Origin: Azolla caroliniana
Taxonomy: Eukaryota > Plantae > Polypodiophyta
NCBI GenBank assembly: GCA_043228905.1
Contig: JBHGNT010000003.1
Coordinates: 3,100,001-3,164,000 of the forward strand
Direction: 5' to 3'
DNA: 64,000 nucleotides
Position numbers and translations under genes: made by a program. The stretch's first letter is position 1. Each line of letters opens with the position of its first letter. Below the pieces are notes generated by a model. It saw nothing but the letters and a program-made list of their open reading frames with translations. It ran no database searches and was not told the origin of the DNA. This document shows positions 39,212 to 51,931 of the stretch, in pieces.

Positions 39212-39674
39212 TTGGAATTGTAATGTTGAATCGGATATTCGTGCCCATCTCTACTTCTTCTTCTTTTTCTTCTTCTTCTTCTTTTGATTCTGTGGGGCAA
39301 TAAGTTTGACTACTTTGTTATATGATTAGACAAGTGGTACCAAATGATAAGAAAGTCTATATTCTATTGTATGATAGAAAGAGAGAGAGAGATATATAAG
39401 AATGAGATGTGGGGAAACCGTTGCATGATCACCATATATGTGGAGCCAAGAGACATGCCATTTCCCTTAGGAAACAATTCGATTCTAATCAATGGATTCT
39501 AATTGGATTTGAGAGATGGGGCCCTAATGGTTAGTTCATCCCTTTCTTTGGAATGATCACAACACATTTGCAAACCACAACATTGATCACCTTTGCACAA
39601 CTTATATGAGATCAAACTAAGATTAATAATTTGAGAAGATAAGGGGATGAATTGACTCCTTATTTTTTTACTAC

Positions 39675-39864
39675 GTATGAACAAACCTCCAAAGATGGAG
39701 GTGAGTTCACTGCATATGGGGCCATCATGGACTCTCTCATAGAAACATTAGAGTATGTAGCCATCTTGAGAAAGGCAGGGGTGATGGAGAATCACTTGGG
39801 GAGTGATGAGAAGTTGCTCAAGCTATGGAATAACATGTGTACCAAGACAAGTGGACAACATTGA
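39675..39864 (+). pseudogene. DUF247 C-terminal fragment
   Basis: YEQTSKDGGEFTAYGAIMDSLIETLEYVAILRKAGVMENHLGSDEKLLKLWNNMC. Confidence 0.85.
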
Positions 39865-39869
39865 TGGGC

Positions 39870-40250
39870 ATCTTCGTTTGGGACAAGCACTAGAGAAGTC
39901 GTGGACACAAGCTTGACATGGAGTTGTTCGGGGCTTTGGAACATCACCAAGATGGAATGCATGTTGGGCACTCGAAAGCATGGGTAGTAGGCTTGAGACA
40001 TGAGGCAAACTAGGGATAAACACATATGACCATGGAACCAGCGAAATACCAATTAAATGATGTGGGAAAATGGATAACGATACACTACACAATGCATTTG
40101 AAGTGGGAGTTGTGGATAGATTCTTATCATAACTTGGTAAAAAAACATTGGGAAACATTCAAGATGATATATAGATACCTAAATGGCACTAAGGATCAGC
40201 GTCTATGTTTGGGTGGCACTAACCATATGGATTTCAAGACTAGATTATGA
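39870..40250 (+). mobile_element. Ty1/copia RT-RNase H junction remnant
   Basis: HWETFKMIYRYLNGTKDQRLCLGG motif. Confidence 0.55.
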
Positions 40251-41737
40251 CATTGGCATAGTCAACTTGTACCTAGATTGCTTTGTAATGGTCAAAGTAC
40301 CATATCTATAGCTAAAAAATTGGGTTAATGGGTTTATTAGTCTTGAGAAGGATGTTTCTTGTGCACAAGTCTTCAATTCAACTTCCATCTTCCCAAATAA
40401 TAGTTTTGGGGCATATAGATTTTATGTTAATTTTCACTATTACTAATAAAGTAATCTCAAATCATGATTATGTGACATATTATGGATTTTTCTACTATTG
40501 TTCATTCCTAGGTCTGTGATACAAATTCCTTGTGGTGTAATGTTAATTCTGGAGTTACTTTCATATTTTTAACACTGAATATTATTTCTCGTTAGCATTA
40601 TGTAATGCAACTATGTTGGCAACTCATGATTGAAATCCTGAATACCATTCCTTGAGGGCCAACATTTTTTAATACTTTTTGCTCTTTTTGGGATCCCCAA
40701 CATTAGGAAAAGGGATCCTTTGTTGGCTTTCTTAAACATTAATCTTTAAAATATCGAAGTGTGTTTGTAAAGTTCTTGATGGGCAATAACTATGTGGGAG
40801 TAAATGGCAAAGATTAAAAAATGCGGCTTTGACAAGTAAGTGGCATTAATAAGAATACAAGACTTATATTTTTAATGTAGCGCTACATCATCTGATTCAT
40901 AATGCTACTAAATAATAATTTAATTTTTAATGTAGTACCACATTTTAATCCACTCATATGAATGGAGGCCTTTAGAATTTGATTGGCAAAAAGAATTGAT
41001 TATAGATATGTGCAAATCAACCTCCCATGCATAGGCGACTCCCTTATACGTGTTTGCTTACATATATTAACAATTCGGAGCCTAATTCCCGTCAAGGATG
41101 CTAGTTAGTTACACACACAACATACTTTTATGAAGTCTCATAAATCCATCAATGGTAACACCACAACGATGATAACAACACCATATCAAGATCAACATTT
41201 CGTAGTAGACCCACCAGATCATGACATATTTGTCTTTGTAACATATACACTAGTTTAATTAGTATCTCTTGCTGTGATTGTTGACTTCACGTACATAACT
41301 ATTTCCTAGTAGCTTACCTACCTACTCAAATACTTAGTCAAATACACAAAAATAAAAGAAGATGAGCTCTCGAGCCAAACCATTCAAGAATTGATCAAGA
41401 AATATGCAAGACAACATTTGATCTTTATGGGAAATGAAATGATTATTGGTCCCATTGTGGTCACGGATGAGGTTATATGGCTTTAGCTCTTCCATATTTG
41501 ATATCCCCTGTCTTCCCATGAATTCCTTCACACATGATTATTGTTATTAATGTAATTAGTAGAATTTTTATGATTATGCCATTCTTATCTCCCCCCCCCC
41601 CCCCCCCCTTCTCTCAATTTTCTCTCTATTCCTATTTCCTGCAAGGCAAAACTAGGGTTGGTGCTTGACTAGTGGAAGAAAGCCTCAAGTTTGTGCCCAC
41701 CAAGAAGAAGAAGTCTGAAGAAGAAGTTTAAGAGAAT

Positions 41738-42270
41738 ATTAACAAGTAAATCAACCTTATATGTTGAATGGATCAATCTAAGTACTATACTAAAGAAGAA
41801 AAATGGAGAGAAGACATGATAATAAGAATCAATAATGCTATTGATGCTCATACAAATGTGTCCAATGAAAGTTCAAAGATTTCTTATGTTGATCATTGTA
41901 AGGCTACGTGTGTGTTGAAATTCATGGAAACAACTCATGAAACACATCTTGGATGACCCTTCTAATCTTGAAATCCATTATTCAAGCCTTTGAACTTATG
42001 ATCACTATTGATACCATTTTCATTTATGAATTGTTGCTATGTCTATGGATTGAATGTCAATCCAAAACTTAAGAATCCAAATCCCAACTGAAGGAATACA
42101 ACTACTAAATCTACACATTCTGCAACAATTAAATCACAACCAACCAATTTTTAGGGACCTATTCTTGATGGGCAACCAAATTCCTATGTCTTTTCTAATG
42201 AAGCTGGTTGAAGAGTTTCCAATGAAACCCAACATAGAAAAGGATAAGCTCGACAAAGTATTATTGGGTT
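41738..42270 (+). pseudogene. DUF247 'type A' gene, heavily decayed 5' half
   Basis: MDQSKYYTKEEKWREDMIIRIN..; RDLFLMGNQIPMSFLMKLVEEFP; start ATG mutated to ATT; upstream 41580-41740 matches 44690-44830. Confidence 0.8.
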
Positions 42271-43598
42271 GAGACTCCGACATTCCTTTCCGTTTGCTCA
42301 CGAAACCTTTTTCCCTTAGATTCTTCTCGTAATCTTGAACCCACGCTTGAGTCTCACCTATGCATATGATCTCTATGCTCTGTTTCACTCCATCCCAATG
42401 TCTTGTCTTTCACTCCATCCCATCCCAATGTCTTATCTTCTTTTGTTTGTGTGTTAGTTTCCCTGGTATTGTTTCTTTATCTCATCTATCTCTCATAATC
42501 ATTCATCAATCAGATTTTCTCTCTTCTGGAGACCTTTGATCTCTTCTTCTCTTTCTCTTCTCTGTCTGCACTTTGTCTGCACTTTGTCTACATCAGAATT
42601 TTGTTTTTGTCTTGTTTCATCCATCCCTTTTTTTGCCTTCATCCTCACAGGTCCTTATCTGCAGGAGGAGGAGAAGAAAAAAGATGAAGGAATTACTCAG
42701 GAAGAAAGATTTTAGGGTTTCCAGGCACAAGAACGTCGCAGAATTAGGAGGCCGAACGGGCATGAGATCTTTGTAAGAGTCAGTCTCATCCGGCCTTTTT
42801 CGGACGATAGAAGATCATCTCTGTGGCATGAGTTAAGGGAAGAGGAAGAAACCCTCCTCGAGATCATTATGTACATGATTGATATACACCATGGTTCTGC
42901 AGAAGCAGCAACCTTTGGGAAGATAGCTGTGCGTGCTGCCATCTTAACTATGAAGAAGAGAATGCATTACATGATTCCCAGTGTAACAATTCCCAATTTT
43001 ATAGGGAGCGCTGCAAAATGAGTTGCCATTCTCACAGAAAGGGTTATCAAAGGAAATTGTTTTGGAAATCAATATTGTGATAATTAGTTACTGTTGAACT
43101 CAAGGCCTTCAGTAATTAAAACCTGCTGCATATTAGCCCTTGGGCCTCAACCAAATACAGAGGTAGATGGGTCAAACTGACAACAATGCATGGCAGTTGC
43201 TCAACCAACAAAAATATAGGATATAAGAATAGAGTGAAAAATAGGGGAAAGAGAGACCATAATGAATGCCATATTTGGTAGGAAGCAAATGATCTATCCC
43301 ATTTTTAGTTAATTCTCGTACCACTTCAATGAGTGACCGCGGACTCTGATACAGGTAACCTTCTTGATTTTGAGAGATGAAATTTTTTTTCAGTGATAAG
43401 GAGCTTTATAGTCCAACTTGCTAGTGCCTCCCTCTCTGTGGACCATGTGCTGGGCCGGTTAATAACAATGTGATTAATGACAAGTTGTGATTAACGGCAG
43501 TGATCATAAAACACATTTGTGAAGCACAATACCAATTATAGTAATGTGGTCACACTTGTACAACATATGTAAAATCTGATCAGAATGAGATTGTCTCA

Positions 43599-44170
43599 TC
43601 ATGTTTCAGTGCATGAAAAATAGAGAGAGCCAAGTAGATGCTTGCAAATATTGATCAACGTTGTGTTTTTCAACTGAGAAGAGTTCATTAATATCCTCTC
43701 TGGAACTTGGCTAGAGAAGAATGGATTATAGGTTGGGGTATCGATAGAAACAGCAAGAATTCTTGAATCGACAGTGACTAGAAGTTGGAGCCAGTTGAAA
43801 TCAGATTGGGGGAGGTTGAGATTATAGATGTGGCTAAGTTCATCCTGTTGATGAGAGGTGAGGTCTTGTATGAGGTCTTCCACTGCGGATATCCCATGTC
43901 TTTCCATGAATTTGTTCACACATAATGCCTTACAATTATCAATGGGGGAAGGCCCAAGATTTTGATACAATGGACCAATGGTCAGTATTTTAGGGTGATA
44001 AGACTGTGGCTTCACTTCCACCAATGATTGGGGAGGCTTCAAACTCATCCAACTTTCATTGAAAACAACTGCATCAACATGCACATTGATCATCTCCTTC
44101 ATGTAGTGTCCCTATTCATCTTTAGTAAAGTTGGGTTGATCATGAAGTTGCACGACTGGGGTGGGTTCAT
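43599..44170 (-). pseudogene. DUF247 'type B' gene, short or decayed
   Basis: KPPQSLVEVKPQSYHPKILTIGPLY..KALCVNKFMERHGIS..LQLLVTVDS..CKHLLGSLY; frameshift and stop near the 5' end; no C-terminal half. Confidence 0.8.
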
Positions 44171-44830
44171 TCATTGGAATTGTAAGATTGATCTCTTCTT
44201 CTTCTTCTGTCGGGCACTAAGTTGATACCTTCTTGTAGGATTAGGTCAAATAGTACCACTCTTCTTTTTATACATCTCTATGAGTTCCTTCCCCAGATGA
44301 TTACAAAGTCTATATTCTATCTATTTATCTATCTATGATAAGGAGAGAGGAAGAGAGAGATATGAATCAGAATCTGTGATGTCTCGAGCATATGTGGACC
44401 TAAGAATCATGTCATTTTTAAGAGGAAGCACATGCCCCATTCAATTCTAACTAATCAATTCTTGTATGCTTCTTGATTTGAGAGGTGAAGTCTTTTTTTT
44501 GTGATGGAGAGGGAGCTTTTGAGCCCATGTTGTTAGTGCATCCCGCTCTGTGGACTGATCTGGACTGATCACAACCATGAGATGTCTGAAATCATAGAAG
44601 AATTGAATAAAAAACGGAAGGGAGTATTTGCTTTCTATGTATAAAATGGCATGATTGTAGTTTCTCTCTCTCCATACATATGATTCTGGCATTCTTATCT
44701 CCCTTTCTCATACACGTTTTTCTCTCTTTTCTTATCTCCTACAATAAAAGACTAGGGCTGGTACTCGTACAAGAAAGCATCAAGTTTGTGCCCACCGAAG
44801 AAGAAATTCGAAGAAGAAGCTTAAGAGAAT

Positions 44831-46890
44831 ATGAACAAGGAAATTAACCTTACACGTGAAATGGATCAATCTAAATCCTGTACTAAAGAAGACCAATGGA
44901 GAGCAGACATGATAATAAGGATCAACGAGACTAATACTAATGCTGATACACGTGTACATAGAGATTTCGAAGCCTCCAGAAGCATTAGTGGATGTCAAGC
45001 CAGAGTCATATCGGCCTCAAATCTTGACGATCGGACTATTACATGAAATGCTTAGTGGGAGCCCTATTCTTTATGATTGTAAGGCATTGTGTGTGAATAA
45101 ATTCATGAGAGGACATGAGATATCAGATGTGGAAGAGCTCATGCAACGCCTTTGCTATGACCCTTCTGATCTTCACATCCATTATTCAGGCATTCCCAAA
45201 TATAGTTCTGAGTCCCTTCAACTTTTGGTCACAGTGGATACCATCTTCATTCGCGAATTCTTACGGTTTATGCCAATTGAATGGGATCCCATACTCAAGG
45301 AACACACCTAGTTCTGCACACTCTGCAACAATGACATCACATACAAGCAAGTGGGGAGGGACTTGTTTGTGATGGGCAACCAAATTCCCATGTCATTTCT
45401 AGTGGAGATGATTGAAGTGTTTCCAAAGAAACACGAATTCAAATGGAATAAACTTCAGGAAGGATTGTTTTATGTTGTTGCAACAAATGATCCATTCCTT
45501 ATCAGCCACAGTTCGACCCTAACAGAGATTGTCCAGATTTTTGAAACTCCTGAGTTTGTCAATTGCAATCATCTACTTGATTGCCTATATGTTTGGGTAG
45601 TCAGGGAACGATTACAAAAGAATGGGAGTAACGGCATCAATCCTAGTAGATTCCCACGACTATGGAATCTTTTCGGGACGAAAAAATCACCTCGAAAGAA
45701 AACTAAGTTTTATGATCACCTGCCAACAACATGTTACGGGCATGACCATATAATATCCCGTGGTGAGAATTTACCGAAGTTCCTTGTTGATCCTTGTCTG
45801 CATGAAGGCCAACCGCACAACGATCGATCGCCATCCATTGAGAAGATAAGACCAACAAAAGAAACATTAGTACATAGGCTCGGATACCAAATATTAGAGA
45901 CAAATACTAAAGTAAGCATTAGATAAGGATAGATCTAGGTAGATATAAAGAAAGGAGAGAGAAAGAAGGGTGTCGATCCACCCGACCACCCCCAAGCGAA
46001 GGGATCGAGATGGACTCGAGCCTCGATCGGCGTCCCATACCATCGTCGTGGCGTCGAGTCGTACCTGGTGTTGGCGCACTCGCTACAAGAGTTGACCCAC
46101 CACAAGACAGAGTCTCGACGTAGTCGACAAGATGATGAAATGAGGGTAGCTAGGCCCCTATTTATAGCGATACCCAAGGCCCCCAGCCATGTTCACACTT
46201 GGCCTAATGGGTTGTCTCAATCCCGAGGATTTAAAAGTAATCCTTCCCTTTTTTACACTCTCGTTTAACCCTCACACTTATCCACGTGTATAGAATACTA
46301 CGGTAAATTCTCACCACGGGATATTATATGGTCATGCCCGTAACACAGCATCTCAGATGTCTAGAGCCGGGATCCGGTTCAAGGCAATTGAAGGTGTCGT
46401 ATCAATGATGGACTACAATGAAAGTAAGCATCGATTCAATCTTCCATGGCTTGTCATGTACAATGGCACGGAGGATGTGCTAAGGAACCTCCTTGCCCAT
46501 GAACAAACCTCCACAATCAGAGGTGAGTTCACTAAGTATGTGGTCATCATGGACTCGCTCATCGACACACCAGAGGATGTAGCGATCTTGACAAAGGCGG
46601 GGGTGATAGAGGGGGTGATAGAGAATCACTTGGGCAGTGATGAGAGGTTGGTCAAGATGTGGAATGACATGTCCATAACTGTCTAGAATCGACCATGCGA
46701 GAGATGGGACAACATGATACGCGATATATTGCACCACTATGAGAACCCTTGGCGTCCCATGTATGTGGAGTTTCGTGAAAAGTATTTTTCTCGACCATGG
46801 CTAACGATTTCACTCCTTGTGGCGTTTCTACTGCTCCTATTCTCATTATTGCAAATAGACTATACTATCGCAGGCTATTACCAATTTTAG
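44831..46890 (+). pseudogene. DUF247 'type A' gene, full length but disrupted (frameshift, stops, solo-LTR insertion)
   Basis: Paralogous to 23373-24790 along its length; LPT|ASQ split by the 45732-46345 insertion; ends YFSRPWLTISLLVAF..YYQF*. Confidence 0.9.
45732..46345 (-). mobile_element. Solo LTR (614 bp) with 45-bp perfect terminal inverted repeats
   Basis: TG...CA ends; 5-bp TSD CAACA/CAGCA (one mismatch); TATAAATA on the minus strand at ~46160; interior matches 16304-16540, where gag follows. Confidence 0.8.
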
Positions 46891-49499
46891 CCCTAATTTG
46901 ACAACCGAACCTTCATCAAAGCCTAGGGCAAAAATTAAGAAGCTTCGTTATTTCTGTTATTTTTCATTCATTTGGGATTTCATTGTATGTTATTTTTGTT
47001 ATTTTTCCATTTGTAGTGACAAGGAATATGAGTTCTATGGACTCATAAAAACATGGTCGAATATGCTATTTGGAAGATTGATCTCCTTATTGAATATATT
47101 GTCACCCCATCTCTTTACCTTCTTCTTCTGTATGTACTAACTTGATACTTTCTTGTAGATTAAGGTCATTCACATTAAGTACCTCTCCCCATTTCATGCA
47201 TCCATGGCTTCTTGCCCTCACACTGTATGGTGATATAAATAAGGTCTCAGTTATTAGCAGGAATAATTTGAGAAGAAATGGGGCTGAAATGGCTCCTCAA
47301 TTATTTGCATGGTGTAATTGTTTGAAAGCAACTAAGTATGAAAATAACACCGGATTCTTCTTGTACATTTACTAGAAGAAGAGGATAAATGCCACAGTTT
47401 TGTACATCGGTCAATGCCCTTTACGTTCACAAAATTCACACATACTAATACAAGACATGGTAATGGCCCCTAATGCTCAAAAAGTGAAAGAGAAACCAGA
47501 GGAGGAATTCTAAGATACTTAATCATTAAAAATTTATAAAATGAAACCAAAGGAGCCTACAACCGATGAAAATTTCTCAAACCAAACACAAATGACATTT
47601 CTTTTGCTTCGACCAAGTCTCTAATAAAATGATGACGCGCTCAAATATGTTTGTTTTGATCAATTATCTTTGGATTTGTTGCAAGTTTTATGGTTGATTA
47701 ATTGTAACAAAACACCGTGATTTCTTTTAGTTCAAAAATATCAAGTTCTTCAATGATTGTCTTTATCCAAAGGCCTTCTTTTGCGGTAAGAGCTACAACA
47801 ATATACTCACCAAAGGAGAAGAGGATCTAAGGTTTATTTCTCTCTTTTTTAAGTTTACAAAGTTATTCATAAATGACTATTCATAGATAAGAGTAGAAGG
47901 CATCAAGCACCACATCAAGTTGGAGAATTTGAAGTTTGTCTCACTTATTGTGGTTGTTCCAAAGGAGAAAGACAGATCTACGCAATTGGAAAAGTTCTCT
48001 TCGTAGATCTGTCGCATCGCGAACTCCATATCTTGCCATTAGTTTGATGATGAATCGGTAGATCCAACCATCAATGAGTGGACAACCGTTCCTCCCGTTA
48101 TACGGAAAGGATCGGCCCTCCCTGGAGCGCCAAAATGAAAAGAGAGATGATGATAGAAACGAGAGAGAAGGAAGATATAGAAACCCAAATCTACAAAGAT
48201 ATATTAATAAGGAGTGATGATCATAGAAACAAGAGAAAGAAGATACATAAACTCAAGCCTACAAGGATGAATTGATCACTAGAAAAACGCACTACATGAA
48301 TAGGCAAGAAAAAACCCACAAGAAAAAAGCTCTCCTCACCACCTCACTCTTCTTGCTTTATATGAAGTTCTCCTCTAGTAGATACGTTTCGTTTGCTTTC
48401 TTTTCCACGCTTTTTTTAGAGCATTTCCATCTCCTATTCTTAGCTATGACACAACGATCTTCTAATCGTCATATCTCCCTCATCCATGCTCCAAATTTAG
48501 AGTTTTAAAAAGCTACGGATAGCTCTCGCCACACACTTTCTAACCCATATTTACACGTGATATTTGGGTGTCAAACGAGAGAGTTATGAGCGTTTGTTTC
48601 TGACTGCTTTTTGGTGGTCTGCTTTTTCCTTCTTTTACTTTTCTCCATCTTTCTTGGTTTTAGTTTGACTTATACTTGAAACCTTAGCTCGTGTTCTTGG
48701 CCTTCGGGTGTGAATGCTCCATACCTTATATTTTTGTAGACTTCAATACCTTGAATTCTAAAAACACTTTCACAATCCTAAAGCTTGAGTTGAATGGTGT
48801 AGAAATCCTAAGGTTTGATTTGAGGAATTTGGAAAAATGGATTATGGAAGGGTGGATTTTGAATGGGTAGAATTTGAATTTAGAAAAGTTGGTTTTGAAG
48901 GGGTAGAATTTGAAAATTTTGAATTTAGAAAAGTTGGTTTGAAAGGGGTAGAAATTTAGAAAAGTGGGGGAAAAATCAGAATTTTCGGTTGGGGTTTGCC
49001 AAGGATTGGCGGAGATGAAAAGCTATAAGAGTAGTTGTTTATGCTTGGAGTGGGAGTATCATTCCTTTCTTTTTCTCTTAGCTCCATTGTACCATCACCG
49101 TTGTTGTTGTTATGACGTTCCACCTCTATGTTGCCTTCTATTATGATGCCACCACCAACCTCTCTAGCATCACCATCCACTTCTTCTACTATGCTTGTGG
49201 ATATGTGCATTATATTTCTATTTGGTAGATTCTTAATGATCTTGATTTTATGTACCTTTTGGCTCTCCTCTTCTTCTTTGAACTCTTCTAATTGTAATGA
49301 TTCTCTCATGTTGTTGATATGCTCCTTCCCATATTCACGATTATTTACATACGGTATATGGGGTATTCTGGGGATAGTATTTGTTCATAAAAAATGACGG
49401 ATCGACTATATATAAATTTCTTATTTTGTGATTTAAATAATTAATATCCCTTAATCCCCTCGGATTCGCCATATCCTACCATTATACATTTAATACTAT

Positions 49500-51931
49500 G
49501 GGGGTCTAATTTTTTTCTTAACTTGGTAGTGATGTGACTATAAGCAATTGCCTCAAATATCTTTAAGTGTCCAACATTAGGTTTCCTACCAAACTATAGG
49601 TAAAAAGGTGTATTCAATCTGAGTACCTTGTGGGGAGATCAGTTTTGTAAATAACACACCATAGAGATAGTTTCTTGCCAAAATCCGTTGTGTAGACCAA
49701 CCACTTCAAGCATACTCTAGCTTGCATCTAGTAGTGTCCTATTCTTCCACTCCGCCACACCATTTTGTTGTGGATTATAGGAAGTTGTAAAGTCGTGTCT
49801 TATTCCTTGTGTCTTACAAAATGTCTTCCATTCTGTTAAACAATATTCTCCATCATTATTTGTTCTAATTGTTTTAATTTGAGGTTGACATTGGTTTTCA
49901 ACAAGTGCTTTATACGTTTTGAAGGCATTGAAAGCACCAGCTTTACTCTTCATGAAGTAAATTATGGTGAATCTTGTGAAGTCATCAATAAAGGTAATGA
50001 AATATCGATTACCAGTTATTGAAGGTATTTGTAGCATCCCGCATAAGTTGGAATGGATGATTTGGAGTGGCCTCTCGTTTTGATAAATATGGTGAGGGAA
50101 TTTTCTTTCACTTTGCTTGCCATAAATACATCCTTCACAAATACATAAATATTGAAATGGTTTAGTTGGTATATCTTCAACAAGTTTATGTGTTTGAATT
50201 GTCTTTATTGATTTGGGATGTAGGTGGCCTAGTTGATGGTGCCATATCAACATTTGATCATCTTGTTGATGGCTTGAAGCTATATATGCTTCAACTGGCG
50301 AATGATCCATCACCTTTAGTGGGTATAATTTTCCAATCTTCGGACATGTTGTTTTAATTATATCTCCAATGGGTAACTTGTAACGAATTATAGCACAATT
50401 GTAATGAAGTTCAATTATCATTCCATTTGATGTAGCCTCACTTACAGATAGTTCTTTGCTAAATCAAGGACAAAGTAAACATTCGAGATTGTAATTTTGG
50501 ATTTATTATTGATTGATAGATAAATTGTAGCTTTTCCAAGAGCTAACTTGGTACCATTATCTCCGAAGCGTACTTCAAGTGGGCGATGAAGTGGATTGTA
50601 ATTATGTAACCATTCTCGACTATGGGTGAGATGGTGGGTGGCTCCGGTTCAAAGTACCATAATCTTTCCATTTGAGTTTTGTGAGTTTGTACTTCTAATG
50701 TGAATACTTGTATGAAGGATGTGTTTTCTTCTTCATTAGGTATTAATGCAGAATGTGTTTGGGCATTGAACTTTTTACCTTTGTTTCTTTGATCATATTG
50801 CTTCCAGTGACATTCTTTTTCCATGTGTCCCGGTTTGTTGCAATATCTACATATGATTGTGGAAACATTGAGTGCTCCTTGCTTTGATGGTTGATTTGGC
50901 TTGTATGATCTTTGAAACTTTTGAAATCTTGGCTTTGAGAAGTTGTATTTTTGAAATCTTGTAATCGCGCTCATTGCCATTGATCCATCGTTGTGTTTCG
51001 CCTTGCCCTTAATTCTTCAAATCTCATCTCTTTTAATTTTTAGGAACATATTCTTCATGTTCGAAGTATCGTCATTTCCATGTGTGGTGACAAAGATGTC
51101 CAACGAATCTAGTAAAGCACCCAAAATTAAATCAAATTTCATATCTTCATCAATTTTATTACCTGCCGATAATGCTTGCTCGAGGGCTAATTGCCATTTC
51201 CTGATAAATGCATCAATTCCTTCACTTTCTTCCGTTTCCAATGTGACAAGGTGTCTCAAGGTGTTGATCTTTGTTGTTCTGTCTAAGGGTTCGTGGCGTT
51301 CCTTTAAGGCATCCCATATTTCTTTTGATGTTTCTAAATCTTTTACTAAATCTATTTGTTCATCAATTAGATGCATAACTAATTCCATGCGTGCATCTAA
51401 ATCTTTATTTTTTCATTCTATTGATTCTGAGATGGTTGTAAGTTTTGGTATTATACCTTTCACAATGTCAATTAATTGTGCTCTTTCAAGGATTAGAGTC
51501 ATCCTTAGTTTCCACATTCTATCATTTTTGTCATTGAGTTTCTCCATGGAGTATTTTCGTGTCATTGACATTGTTTTGTTTGTTGGACTTGTGTTAGACT
51601 CCATCTTCGTAGATATTCCAGATCGATCTTCTTGATGGTTGTCCCTTAATTCCTATTTGAAGGCTCTTATACCATGTAGGAATTTAAAGTACTATCTAAC
51701 AAAGGATAACAAGTTGATACATATGACATAATATTATGAAGACAGAAAGAGATTACATTGTATTCATGGTAGATGTTACATTTTATAGGCAATAGAGACC
51801 ATAGGGAAGTTTGTAATGGGAATGTTCATTATGATTAAAACTCACATGAATGTAACTTTGTAACTAAAAGTTGTGTGAACAAAAGTCACATTAATAGGTG
51901 GTTACATTGGTTATTTTTCTTATCGCGCTAC
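49500..51931 (-). mobile_element. Ty1/copia element, 5' half (partial LTR 51675-51931, PBS, gag, knuckle, protease, integrase), decayed
   Basis: PBS TGGTATAAGAGCC (51674-51662, tRNA-iMet-like) next to LTR end ..CCTACA; CRYCNKPGHMEKEC; WHHQLGH..CEGCIYGKQ..YFITFIDDFTR..PQQNGVAE. Confidence 0.9.

Noticed and set aside
47950-49400. LTR-like sequence, short GGGTAGAATTTGAA repeats and a 117-aa ORF
   Set aside because: Probably retroelement debris, but boundaries and domains could not be supported.
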